In this document: positions 51,001 to 64,000 of the stretch, piece by piece | Numbering within the stretch: position 1 is the first letter of the stretch | How the letters are laid out: the number at the start of each line of letters is the position of its first letter | Assembly (NCBI GenBank): GCA_963920595.1 | Contig: OY986947.1 | Span: 6,386,001-6,450,000, forward strand | Source: Eimeria praecox | Taxonomy: Eukaryota | Length of the DNA: 64,000 bases | Direction: 5' to 3' | The notes under the pieces: model-generated | What the model saw: the letters and a program-made list of their open reading frames with translations, nothing else | The model's database searches: none | Told to the model about the DNA's origin: nothing | Made by a program: the position numbers and the translations under genes

Positions 51001-54000
51001 GGTTTGTGGCCTATGGACCTGTTTCAGAAAGTAAGGATTCTTGGATGGGTTGAGTGTGGCAGGTGGACGAGAATGTTCCTTGCGTTGTTTGCAAGGCAGG
51101 TCTGGATCTATGGTAGGGTAAGCATGGCCTGTTGAGGATGTTGACGGACGGCGTCTAGGAGGTGTTGGGCGCATGCGTTTCTATACAGCTGGCATGCAGC
51201 ACACTTTTGGCTGGTTCCGGATGTAATGTTATGCATTAGGGGAGGGATGCGGAGCACTCGAGAAGCAGTGTTCGTTTGTTCACTCGAGCTCGTGTTGAAT
51301 CATGATGGGCATGCAGGGTAGCTCGCCACCATGTCAATGCGTCAGAAAGTAGGCGTCGTGGCCAGCTTGCGCCCATATGCACTGCTGGATAAGCCAGCAG
51401 ATATGGTCGAAACTTGTTTCGTGTTTTCGGGAATGAGTATGAATGCGTTATAAGGTGGAAAAGGAGGTGAAGCGTCAGGAGCAGGATATCGATACCGTAG
51501 GGCCCGAAAGCTAGTTTCATTGTTGAGGGTTCCGGTTTGCACCTGCGTGGGTTTTGTGGCAGGTGGATTGTGTGCACGGGTAGGTGCTGCAGAGAGCATA
51601 TATGGATGTTCCATGCCGCCGCGGAACAGAAAGTATGCAGAGGGTCGTGGGCTTGCGATAGAACGGAGCAGTGTCTGTGACTGGGTGGCAAGAATCAGTA
51701 TTTTGTTTAGGCAGGGGGTGGTCAAATGAAGTGACTTAATTGTGGATGAGAGGGGGGGGGGTGGGGGGGAGAATTGGGACGTTGGCGGTGCATTTGGCAG
51801 CATTGGTTTGTTTCTTTAGTGTGGGGTATGGAGGTGTGAGCAAGGCGTGGGAGAAGGGAAGCATGGTGGTTCAATGCACCAGGAAGTATGTTTGGTTTTT
51901 CGTCTGCGTGGTTATTGGTAGGTGGGGTGGTCAGGTATTTGAGTAGCGGGGCTTGAAGGAGGCGTGTTGTGGAGCACAATGTGTGTGTCTAATCAAGGGC
52001 TGCACCTGGTACCACCGAAAAAATGTTAGCTGGTGTTCTGTCGCTGAATTGTGATATATGATTGAGTCCAAGGAGAGGGTTTATTTGTGTGGCTTATGGA
52101 GGGGAGAGCTCGTACACTGTAGCCGTGAATGCGTTTAACATACCAGGAGGTACGGCCGACCTGCATTTGGCAAAAGAAGGAGTCGGGCGTTGATGCAGTG
52201 TAGACATTAGTGCATTTTACAGTTGGTTTGCAGGATTGCTGAAGTGTGGTTTGTGTGTGAGTGCAGTGAGCGTCAGGGATGATGCGTGTGAGATGGAGGG
52301 TACATGTCGTGCAATGTAGTCGTGAATGGGCTTCACTTATCAGGAAGTGCGTAGGAGGTGGCGCGGCGAATGGTTGGAGGGCCTTGGTGGGCGTTATAGG
52401 GTAGTGGTGTTTCCAGTTAGGTTGCAAGGGCGGTGAAGGGTGGTTTGAATGGCAAAGGCGCCAGAGTGGCAATATTTTGAGGATGCGTTTTGGGGTGGGA
52501 TCTGCATAGCGTCGGGATTGGATTCCAGGACATTTGATGAGTGGTTGTGCTGCATGGGGTAGCGTTGGTGGGTCTGCGGCGGCGCTTTAGCGTAGGTGAC
52601 CTGAGTAGGAAGCGCCTGACAGTAGCCTCCAGCGTGTTTGTGTGTGTGTGTGGAGTATTCACTATTCACCAGGAGGTACGGTTTATATTGGGGTATAGCC
52701 CAAGCACGTGTTTATAAGGGATAGTGGGCAGTTTGGGTTTTTGGGTGCGCATGGAGTGGGTTGTGGCGCCACCCTAGGGCTCTCCGTTTCGCAAGATGAG
52801 ATTCCATTGTGTTGGGGATAAGCGTGCAGTTGGAGTGCGATGCAGGTTGCATTGTTGCAGCCCGAGAGGGAGGCATGAGTTGCAATTGAACAGGCTTGTG
52901 TGCATCAGAAAGTGCGTTTGTCCCTTAGATTGGGGAGGATGCGTGGTGTGCTTATCGGCATTTGGGATGTTGGGCGTTTCGCAGGGATTAGTTTGTCAGG
53001 GACTGTGTTGGGGTTGCGCGCTGTGAACAAGTTAAGCGACGGCGAGGGCTTGGTTGCTGGTTAGCTTCGTGGGCATTTGTGTGAGCCATTGGATTGGGGT
53101 GGTTTGTGGCCTATGGACCTGTTTCAGAAAGTATGGATTCTTGGGTGGGTGGAGTGTGGCAGGTGAACGAGAATGTTCCTTTCGTTGTTTGCAAGGCAGG
53201 TCTGGATCTATGGTAGGGTAAGCATGGCCTGTTGAGGATGTTGACGGACGGCGTCTAGGAGGTGTTGGGCGCATGCGTTTCTATACAGCTGGCATGCAGC
53301 ACACTTTTGGCTGGTTCCGGATGTAATGTTATGCATTAGGGGAGGGATGCGGAGCACTCGAGAAGCAGTGTTCGTTTGTTCACTCGAGCTCGTGTTGAAT
53401 CATGATGGGCATGCAGGGTAGCTCGCCACCATGTCAATGCGTCAGAAAGTAGGCGTCGTGGCCAGCTTGCGCCCATATGCACTGCTGGATAAGTCAGCAG
53501 ATATGGTCGAAACTTGTTTGGTGTTTTCGGGAATGAGTATGAATGCGTTATAAGGTGGAAAAGGAGGTGAAGCGTCAGGAGCAAGATATCGATACCGTAG
53601 GGCCCGAGTGCTAGTTTCATTGTCGAGGGTTCCGGTTTGCATCTGTGTGAGTTTTGTGGCAGGTGGATTGTGTGCAGGGGTAGCTGCTGCAGAGAGCATA
53701 TATGGATGTTCCATGCCGCCGCGGAACAGAAAGTATGGAGAGGGTCGTGGGCATGCGATGGAACGGAGCGGTGTGTGTGACTGGGTGGCAAGAATCAGTA
53801 TTTTGTCTAGGCAAGGGGTGGTCAAATGAAGTGGCTTAATTGTGGATGAGAGGGAGGGGGGGGTGGGGGGGAGGATTGGCACGTTGGTGGTGTATTTCGC
53901 GGCATTGGTGTGTTTCTTTAGTGTGGGGTATGGAGGTGTGAGCAAGGCATGGGGAGAAGGGGAGCATGGTGGTTCAATGCACCAGGAAGTATGTTTGGTT

Positions 54001-57000
54001 TTTCGTCTGCGTGGTTATTGGTAGGTGGGGTGGTCAGGTATTTGAGTAGCGGGGCTTGAAGGAGGCGTGCTGTGGAGCACAATGTGTGTGTCTAATCAAG
54101 GGCTGCACCTGGTACCACCGAAAAAATGTTAGCTGGTGTTCTGTCGCTGAATTGTGTTATATGATAGAGTCCCAGGAGAGGGTTTATTTGTGTGGCTTAT
54201 GGAGGGGAGAGCTCGTACACTGTAGCCGTGAATGCGTTTAACATACCAGGAGGTACGGCCGACCTGCATTTGGCAAAAGAAGGAGTCGGGCGTTGATGCA
54301 GTGTAGACATTAGTGCATTTTACAGTTGGTTTGCAGGATTGCTGAAGTGTGGTTTGTGTGTGAGTGCAGTGAGCGTCAGGGATGATGCGTGTGAGATGGA
54401 GGGTACATGTCGTGCAATGTAGTCGTGAATGGGCTTCACTTATCAGGAAGTGCGTAGGAGGTGGCGCGGCGAATGGTTGGAGGGCCTTGGTGGGCGTTAT
54501 AGGGTAGTGGTGTTTCCAGTTAGGTTGCAAGGGCGGTGAAGGGTGGTTTGAATGGCAAAGGCGCCAGAGTGGCAATATTTTGAGGATGCGTTTTGGGGTG
54601 GGATCTGCATAGCGTCGGGATTGGATTCCAGGACATTTGATGAGTGGTTGTGCTGCATGGGGTAGCGTTGGTGGGTCTGCGGCGGCGCTTTAGCGTAGGT
54701 GACCTGAGTAGGAAGCGCCTGACAGTAGCCTCCAGCGTGTTTGCGTGTGTGTGTGCGGAGTATTCACTATTCACCAGGAGGTACGGTTTATATTGGGGTA
54801 TAGCCCAAGCACGTGTTTATAAGGGATAGTGGGCAGTTTGGGTTTTTGGGTGCGCATGGAGTGGGTTGTGGCGCCACCCTAGGGCTCTCCGTTTCGCAAG
54901 ATGAGATTCCATTGTGTTGGGGATAAGCGTGCAGTTGGAGTGCGATGCAGGTTGCATTGTTGCAGCCCGAGAGGGAGGCATGAGTTGCAATTGAACAGGC
55001 TTGTGTGCATCAGAAAGTGCGTTTGTCCCTTAGATTGGGGAGGATGCGTGGTGTGCTTATCGGCATTTGGGATGTTGGGCGTTTCGCAGGGATTAGTTTG
55101 TCAGGGACTGTGTTGGGGTTGCGCGCTGTGAACAAGTTAAGCGACGGCGAGGGCTTGGTTGCTGGTTAGCTTCGTGGGCATTTGTGTGAGCCATTGGATT
55201 GGGGTGGTTTGTGGCCTATGGACCTGTTTCAGAAAGTATGGATTCTTGGGTGGGTGGAGTGTGGCAGGTGAACGAGAATGTTCCTTTCGTTGTTTGCAAG
55301 GCAGGTCTGGATCTATGGTAGGGTAAGCATGGCCTGTTGAGGATGTTGACGGACGGCGTCTAGGAGGTGTTGGGCGCATGCGTTTCTATACAGCTGGCAT
55401 GCAGCACACTTTTGGCTGGTTCCGGATGTAATGTTATGCATTAGGGGAGGGATGCGGAGCACTCGAGAAGCAGTGTTCGTTTGTTCACTCGAGCTCGTGT
55501 TGAATCATGATGGGCATGCAGGGTAGCTCGCCACCATGTCAATGCGTCAGAAAGTAGGCGTCGTGGCCAGCTTGCGCCCATATGCACTGCTGGATAAGTC
55601 AGCAGATATGGTCGAAACTTGTTTGGTGTTTTCGGGAATGAGTATGAATGCGTTATAAGGTGGAAAAGGAGGTGAAGCGTCAGGAGCAGGATATCGATAC
55701 CGTAGGGCCCGAGTGCTAGTTTCATTGTTGAGGGTTCCGGTTTGCACCTGTGTGGGTTTTGTGGCAGGTGGATTGTGTGCACGGGTAGCTGCTGCAAAGA
55801 GCATATATGGGTGTTCCATGCCGCCGCGGAACAGAAAGTATGGAGAGGGTTGTGGGCTTGCGATGGAACGGAGCGGTGTCTGTGACTGGGTGGCAAGAAT
55901 CAGTATTTTGTTTAGGCAGGGGGTGGTCAAATGAAGTGACTTAATTGTGGATGAGAGGGAGGGGGGGGTGGGGGGGAGGATTGGGACGTTGGTGGCGCAT
56001 TTGGCAGCATTGGCTTGTTTCTTTAGTGTGGGGTATGGAGGTGTGAGCAAGGCGTGGGAGAAGGGGAGCATGGTGGTTCAATGCACCAGGAAGTATGTTT
56101 GGTTTTTCGTCTTCGTAGGAATTGGTAGGTGGGGTGGTCAGGTATTTGAGTAGGGGGGCTTGAAGGAGGCGTGTTGCGGAGCACAATGTGTGTGTCTAAT
56201 CAAGGGCTGCACCTGGTACCACCGAAAAAATGTTAGCTGGTGTTTTGTCGCTGAATTGTGTTATATGATTGAGGCCCAGGAGAGGGTTTATTTGTGTGGC
56301 TTATGGAGGGGAGAGCTCGTACACTGTAGTCGTGAATGCGTTTAACATACCAGGAGGTACGGCCGACCTGCATTTGGCAAAAGAAGGAGTCGGGCGTTGA
56401 CGCGGTGTAGACATTAGTGCATTTTACAGTTGGTTTGCAGGATTGCTGAAGTGTGGTTTGTGTGTGAGTGCAGTGAGCGTCAGGGATGATGCGTGTGAGA
56501 TGGAGGGTGCAGGTTGTGCAATGTAGTCGTGAATGGGCTTCACTTATCAGGAAGTGCGTAGCAGGTGGCGTGGTGAATGGTTGGAGGGCCTTGGTGGGCG
56601 TTATAGGGTAGTGGTGTTTCCAGTTAGGTTGCAAGGGCGGTGAAGGGTGGTTTGAATGGCAAAGGCGCCAGAGTGGCAATATTTTGAGGATGCGTTTTGG
56701 GGTGGGATCTGCATAGCGTCGGGATTGGATACCAGGACATTTGATGAGTGGTTGTGCTGCATGGGGTAGCGTTGGTGGGTCTGCGGCGGCGCTTTAGCGT
56801 AGGTGACCTGAGTAGGAAGCGCCTGACAGTAGCCTCCAGCGTGTTTGCGTGTGTGTGTGTGGAGTATTCACTATTCACCAGGAGGTACGGTTTATATTGG
56901 GGTATAGCCCAAGCACGTGTTTATAAGGGATAGTGGGCAGTTTGGGTTTTTGGGTGCGCATGGAGTGGGCTGTGGCGCCACCCTAGGGCTGTCCGCTTCG

Positions 57001-60000
57001 CAAGATGAGATTCCATTGTGTTGGGGATAAGCGTGCAGTTGGAGTGCGATGCAGGTTGCATTGTTGCAGCCCGAGAGGGAGGCGTGAGTTGCAATTGAAC
57101 AGGCTTGTGTGCATCAGAAAGTGCGTTTGTCCCTTAGATTGGGGAGGATGCGTGGTGTGCTTATCGGCATTTGGGATGCTGGGCGTTTCGCAGGGATTAG
57201 TTTGTCAGGGACTTTGTTGGGGTTGAGCGCTGTGAACAAGTAAAGCGACGGCGAGGGCTTGGTTGCTGGTTAGCTTCGTGGGCATTTGTGTGAGCCATTG
57301 GATTGGGGTGGTTTGTTGCCTATGGACCTGTTTCAGAGAGTAAGGATTCTTGGGTGGGTGGAGTGTGGCAGGTGGACGAGAATGTTCCTTGCGTTGTGTG
57401 CAAGGCAGGTCTGGATCTATGGTAGGGTAAGCATGGCCTGTTGAGGATGTTGACGGACGGCGTCTAGGAGGTGTAGGGCGCATGCGTTTCTATACAGCTG
57501 GCATGCAGCACACGTTTGGCTGGTTCCGGATGTAATGTTATGCATTAGGGGAGGGATGCGGAGCACTCGAGAAGCAGTGTTCGTTTGTTCACTCGAGCTC
57601 GTGTTGAATCATGATGGGCATGCAGGGTAGCTCGCCACCATGTCAATGCGTCAGAAAGTAGGCGTCGTGGCCAGCTTGCGCCCATATGCACTGCTGTGTA
57701 AGCCAGCAGATATGGTCCAAACTTGTTTCGTGTTTTCGGGAATGAGTATGAATGCGTTATAAGGTGGAAAAGGAGGTGAAGCGTCAGGAGCAAGATATCG
57801 ATACCGTAGGGCCCGAGTGGTAGTTTCATTGTTGAGGGTTCCGGTTTGCACCTGTGTGGGTTTTGTGGCAGGTGGATTGTGTGGAGGGGTAGCTGCTGCA
57901 GAGAGCATATATGGATGTTCCATGCTGCCGCGGAACAGAAAGTATGCAGAGGGTTGTGGGCTTGCGATGGAACGGAGCGGTGTCTGTGACTGGGTGGCAA
58001 GAATCAGTATTTTGTTTAGGCAGGGGGTGGTCAAATGAAGTGACTTAATTGTGGATGAGAGGGCGGGCGGGGTGGGGGGGAGGATTGGGACGTTGGTGGC
58101 GCATTTGGCAGCATTGGCTTGTTTCTTTAGTGTGGGGTATGGAGGTGTGAGGAAGGCGTGGGAGAAGGGGAGCATGGTGGTTCAATGCACCAGGAAGTAT
58201 GTTTGGTTTTTCGTCTTCGTAGGAATTGGTAGGTGGGGTGGTCAGGTATTTGAGTAGCGGGGCTTGAAGGAGGCGTGTTGCGGAGCACAATGTGTGTGTC
58301 TAATCAAGGGCTGCACCTGGTACCACCGAAAAAATGTTAGCTGGTGTTTTGTCGCTGAATTGTGATATATGATTGAGGCCCAGGAGAGGGTTTATTTGTG
58401 TGGCTTATGGAGGGGAGAGCTCGTACACTGTAGTCGTGAATGCGTTTAACATACCAGGAGGTACGTCCGACCTGCATTTGGCAAAAGAAGGAGTCGGGCG
58501 TTGACGCGGTGTAGACATTAGTGCATTTTACAGTTGGTCTGCAGGATTGCTGAAGTGTGGTTTGTGTGTGAGTGCAGTGAGCGTCAGGGATGATGCGTGT
58601 GAGATGGAGGGTACATGTCGTGCAATGTAGTCGTGAATGGGCTTCACTTATCAGGAAGTGCGTAGGAGGTGGCGTGGTGAATGGTTGGAGGGCCTTGGTG
58701 GGCGTTATAGGGTAGTGGTGTTTCCATTTAGGTTGCAAGGGCGGTGAAGGGTGGTTTGAATGGCAAAGGCGCCAGAGTGGCAACATTTTGAGGATGGGTT
58801 TTGGGGTGGGATCTGCATAGCGTCGGGATTGGATTCCAGGACATTTGATGAGTGGTTGTGCTGCATGGGGTAGCGTTGGTGGGTCTGCGGCGGCGCTTTA
58901 GCGTAGGTGACCTGAGTAGGAAGCGCCTGACAGTAGCCTCCAGCGTGTTTGCGTGTGTGTGTGTGGAGTATTCACTATTCACCAGGAGGTACGGTTTATA
59001 TTGGGGTATAGCCCAAGCACGTGTTTATAAGGGATAGTGGGCAGTTTGGGTTTTTGGGTGCGCATGGAGTGGGCTGTGGCGCCACCCTAGGGCTGTCCGC
59101 TTCGCAAGATGAGATTCCATTGTGTTGGGGATAAGCGTGCAGTTGGAGTGCGATGCAGGTTGCATTGTTGCAGCCCGAGAGGGAGGCGTGAGTTGCAATT
59201 GAACAGGCTTGTGTGCATCAGAAAGTGCGTTTGTCCCTTGGATTGGGGAGGATGCGTGGTGTGCTTATCGGCATTTGGGATGTTGGCGTTTCGCAGGGAT
59301 TAGTTTGTCAGGGACTGTGTTGGGGTTGAGCGCTGTGAACAAGTAAAGCGACGGCGAGGGCTTGGTTGCTGGTTAGCTTCGTGGGCATTTGTGTGAGCCA
59401 TTGGATTGGGGTGGTTTGTGGCCTATGGACCTGTTTCAGAAAGTATGGATTCTTGGGTGGGTGGAGTGTGGCAGGTGGACGAGAATGTTCCTTGCGTTGT
59501 TTGCAAGGCAGGTCTGGATCTATGGTAGGGTAACCATGACCTGTTGAGGATGTTGACGGACGGCGACTAGGAGGTGTTGGGCGCATGCGTTTCTATACAG
59601 CTGGCATGCAGCACACGTTTGGCTGGTTCCGGATGTAACGTTATGCATTAGGGGAGGGATGCGGAGCACTCGAGAAGCAGTGTTCGTTTGTTCACTCGAG
59701 CTCGTGTTGAATCATGATGGGCATGCAGGGTAGCTCGCCACCATGTCAATGCGTCAGAAAGTAGGCGTCGTGGCCAGCTTGCGCCCATATGCACTGCTGT
59801 GTAAGCCAGCAGATATGGTCCAAACTTGTTTCGTGTTTTCGGGAATGAGTATGAATGCGTTATAAGGTGGAAAAGGAGGTGAAGCGTCAGGAGCAAGATA
59901 TCGATACCGTAGGGCCCGAGTGCTAGTTTCATTGTTGAGGGTTCCGGTTTGCACCTGTGTGGGTTTTGTGGCAGGTGGATTGTGTGGAGGGGTAGCTGCT

Positions 60001-63000
60001 GCAGAGAGCATATATGGATGTTCCATGCTGCCGCGGAACAGAAAGTATGCAGAGGGTTGTGGGCTTGCGATGGAACGGAGCGGTGTCTGTGACTGGGTGG
60101 CAAGAATCAGTATTTTGTTTAGGCAGGGGGTGGTCAAATGAAGTGACTTAATTGTGGATGAGAGGGAGGGGGGGGTGGGGGGGAGGATTGGGACGTTGGT
60201 GGCGCATTTGGCAGCATTGGCTTGTTTCTTTAGTGTGGGGTATGGAGGTGTGAGCAAGGCGTGGGAGAAGGGGAGCATGGTGGTTCAATGCACCAGGAAG
60301 TATGTTTGGTTTTTCGTCTTCGTAGGAATTGGTAGGTGGGGTGGTCAGGTATTTGAGTAGGGGGGCTTGAAGGAGGCGTGTTGCGGAGCACAATGTGTGT
60401 GTCTAATCAAGGGCTGCACCTGGTACCACCGAAAAAATGTTAGCTGGTGTTTTGTCGCTGAATTGTGTTATATGATTGAGGCCCAGGAGAGGGTTTATTT
60501 GTGTGGCTTATGGAGGGGAGAGCTCGTACACTGTAGTCGTGAATGCGTTTAACATACCAGGAGGTACGGCCGACCTGCATTTGGCAAAAGAAGGAGTCGG
60601 GCGTTGACGCGGTGTAGACATTAGTGCATTTTACAGTTGGTTTGCAGGATTGCTGAAGTGTGGTTTGTGTGTGAGTGCAGTGAGCGTCAGGGATGATGCG
60701 TGTGAGATGGAGGGTACATGTCGTGCAATGTAGTCGTGAATGGGCTTCACTTATCAGGAAGTGCGTAGGAGGTGGCGTGGCGAATGGTTGGAGGGCCTTG
60801 GTGGGCATTATAGGGTAGTGGTGTTTCCATTTAGGTTGCAAGGGCGGTGAAGGGTAGTTTGAATGGCAAAGGCGCCAGAGTGGCAATATTTTGAGGATGC
60901 GTTTTGGGGTGGGATCTGCATAGCGTCGGGATTGGATACCAGGACATTTGATGAGTGCTTGTGCTGCATGGGGTAGCGTTGGTGGGTCTGCGGCGGCGCT
61001 TTAGCGTAGGTGACCTGAGTAGGAAGCGCCTGACAGTAGCCTCCAGCGTGTTTGCGTGTGTGTGTGTGGAGTATTCACTATTCACCAGGAGGTACGGTTT
61101 ATATTGGGGTATAGCCCAAGCACGTGTTTATAAGGGATAGTGGGCAGTTTGGGTTTTTGGGTGCGCATGGAGTGGGCTGTGGCGCCACCCTAGGGCTGTC
61201 CGCTTCGCAAGATGAGATTCCATTGTGTTGGGGATAAGCGTGCAGTTGGAGTGCGATGCAGGTTGCATTGTTGCAGCCCGAGAGGGAGGCGTGAGTTGCA
61301 ATTGAACAGGCTTGTGTGCATCAGAAAGTGCGTTTGTCCCTTAGATTGGGGAGGATGCGTGGTGTGCTTATCGGCATTTGGGATGCTGGGCGTTTCGCAG
61401 GGATTAGTTTGTCAGGGACTTTGTTGGGGTTGAGCGCTGTGAACAAGTAAAGCGACGGCGAGGGCTTGGTTGCTGGTTAGCTTCGTGGGCATTTGTGTGA
61501 GCCATTGGATTGGGGTGGTTTGTTGCCTATGGACCTGTTTCAGAGAGTAAGGATTCTTGGGTGGGTGGAGTGTGGCAGGTGGACGAGAATGTTCCTTGCG
61601 TTGTGTGCAAGGCGGGTCTGGATCTATGGTAGGGTAAGCATGGCCTGTTGAGGATGTTGACGGACGGCGTCTAGGAGGTGTAGGGCGCATGCGTTTCTAT
61701 ACAGCTGGCATGCAGCACACGTTTGGCTGGTTCCGGATGTAATGTTATGCATTAGGGGAGGGATGCGGAGCACTCGAGAAGCAGTGTTCGTTTGTTCACT
61801 CGAGCTCGTGTTGAATCATGATGGGCATGCAGGGTAGCTCGCCACCATGTCAATGCGTCAGAAAGTAGGCGTCGTGGCCAGCTTGCGCCCATATGCACTG
61901 CTGTATAAGTCAGCAGATATGGTCGAAACTTGTTTGGTGTTTTCGGGAATGAGTATGAATGCGTTATAAGGTGGAAAAGGAGGTGAAGCGTCAGGAGCAA
62001 GATATCGATACCGTAGGGCCCGAGTGCTAGTTTCATTGTTGAGGGTTCCGGTTTGCACCTGTGTGGGTTTTGTGGCAGGTGGATTGTGTGGAGGGGTAGC
62101 TGCTGCAGAGAGCATATATGGATGTTCCATGCTGCCGCGGAACAGAAAGTATGGAGAGGGTTGTTGGCTTGCGATGGAACGGAGCGGTGTGTGTGACTGG
62201 GTGGCAAGAATCAGTATTTTGTTTAGGCAGGGGGTGGTCAAATGAAGTGACTTAATTGTGGATGAGAGGGCGGGGGGGGTGAGGGGGAGGATTGGGACGT
62301 TGGTGGCGCATTTGGCAGCATTGGCTTGTTTCTTTAGTGTGGGGTATGGAGGTGTGAGCAAGGCGTGGGAGAAGGGGAGCATGGTGGTTCAATGCACCAG
62401 GAAGTATGTTTGGTTTTTCGTCTTCGTAGGAATTGGTAGGTGGGGTGGTCAGGTATTTGAGTAGCGGGGCTTGAAGGAGGCGTGTTGCGGAGCACAATGT
62501 GTGTGTCTAATCAAGGGCTGCACCTGGTACCACCGAAAAAATGTTAGCTGGTGTTTTGTCGCTGAATTGTGTTATATGATTGAGGCCCAGGAGAGGGTTT
62601 ATTTGTGTGGCTTATGGAGGGGAGAGCTCGTACACTGTAGTCGTGAATGCGTTTAACATACCAGGAGGTACGGTCGACCTGCATTTGGCAAAAGAAGGAG
62701 TCGGGCGTTGACGCGGTGTAGACATTAGTGCATTTTACAGTTGGTTTGCAGGATTGCTGAAGTGTGGTTTGTGTGTGAGTGCAGTGAGCGTCAGGGATGA
62801 TGCGTGTGAGATGGAGGGTACATGTCGTGCAATGTAGTCGTGAATGGGCTTCACTTATCAGGAAGTGCGTAGGAGGTGGCGTGGCGAATGGTTGGAGGGC
62901 CTTGGTGGGCATTATAGGGTAGTGGTGTTTCCATTTAGGTTGCAAGGGCGGTGAAGGGTAGTTTGAATGGCAAAGGCGCCAGAGTGGCAATATTTTGAGG

Positions 63001-64000
63001 ATGCGTTTTGGGGTGGGATCTGCATAGCGTCGGGATTGGATACCAGGACATTTGATGAGTGCTTGTGCTGCATGGGGTAGCGTTGGTGGGTCTGCGGCGG
63101 CGCTTTAGCGTAGGTGACCTGAGTAGGAAGCGCCTGACAGTAGCCTCCAGCGTGTTTGCGTGTGTGTGTGTGGAGTATTCACTATTCACCAGGAGGTACG
63201 GTTTATATTGGGGTATAGCCCAAGCACGTGTTTATAAGGGATAGTGGGCAGTTTGGGTTTTTGGGTGCGCATGGAGTGGGCTGTGGCGCCACCCTAGGGC
63301 TGTCCGCTTCGCAAGATGAGATTCCATTGTGTTGGGGATAAGCGTGCAGTTGGAGTGCGATGCAGGTTGCATTGTTGCAGCCCGAGAGGGAGGCGTGAGT
63401 TGCAATTGAACAGGCTTGTGTGCATCAGAAAGTGCGTTTGTCCCTTAGATTGGGGAGGATGCGTGGTGTGCTTATCGGCATTTGGGATGCTGGGCGTTTC
63501 GCAGGGATTAGTTTGTCAGGGACTTTGTTGGGGTTGAGCGCTGTGAACAAGTAAAGCGACGGCGAGGGCTTGGTTGCTGGTTAGCTTCGTGGGCATTTGT
63601 GTGAGCCATTGGATTGGGGTGGTTTGTTGCCTATGGACCTGTTTCAGAGAGTAAGGATTCTTGGGTGGGTGGAGTGTGGCAGGTGGACGAGAATGTTCCT
63701 TGCGTTGTGTGCAAGGCGGGTCTGGATCTATGGTAGGGTAAGCATGGCCTGTTGAGGATGTTGACGGACGGCGTCTAGGAGGTGTTGGGCGCATGCGTTT
63801 CTATACAGCTGGCATGCAGCACACTTTTGGCTGGTTCCGGATGTAATGTTATGCATTAGGGGAGGGATGCGGAGCACTCGAGAAGCAGTGTTCGTTTGTT
63901 CACTCGAGCTCGTGTTGAATCATGATGGGCATGCAGGGTAGCTCGCCACCATGTCAATGCGTCAGAAAGTAGGCGTCGTGGCCAGCTTGCGCCCATATGC

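Larger units (their letters stand above)
12652..64000. repeat. Tandem macrosatellite, ~2.1 kb unit, ~24.3 copies, continuing beyond the window
   Basis: The anchor ORF MRPTPP recurs at 13209, 15314, 17430, 19545, 21661, 23776, 25893, 28010, 30126, 32241, 34357, 36473, 38577, 40681, 42785, 44864, 46968, 49071, 51174, 53274, 55379, 57483, 59586, 61690 and 63794 (periods 2079-2117). Copies differ by scattered substitutions and small indels; no interrupting insertions were seen. Confidence 0.99.

Noticed and set aside
13006..63794. Recurrent 60-213 aa ORFs in the array as a tandem protein-coding gene family
   Set aside because: They overlap in several frames on a stop-poor C/A-rich strand, are Pro/Thr/His-biased, change length with G-tract indels, and show mostly non-synonymous variants and tolerated frameshifts.
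12652..64000. CRISPR-like or telomeric array
   Set aside because: There is no short repeat with unique spacers and no telomeric heptamer runs; the whole 2.1 kb is repeated.

Overview
Eukaryotic window with no intact gene that I can support. It is most consistent with a coccidian such as Eimeria, inferred only from resemblance to Eimeria-type chromovirus pol motifs as I recall them; no search was run. Part one (~1-12.15 kb) is a graveyard of about six heavily deleted, frameshifted Ty3/gypsy (chromovirus-like) retrotransposon remnants, all on the + strand. Their protease, RT, RNase H, integrase and chromodomain motif relics stay in the correct order but are squeezed into ~1-3 kb each. It also holds a (TG)47 microsatellite. 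Part two (~12.65 kb to the window end) is an uninterrupted head-to-tail macrosatellite of ~24.3 copies of a ~2.1 kb unit (periods 2079-2117 bp). On the minus strand the unit carries collinear decayed integrase motifs, and the leftmost copy runs into a unique integrase C-terminal remnant, so the satellite appears to have been amplified from a dead retrotransposon integrase. The array shows zoned subfamilies, multi-unit duplications and mosaic variants. It is a candidate centromeric/heterochromatic array (inference). The many ORFs in the array are recurring artefacts of the repeat.
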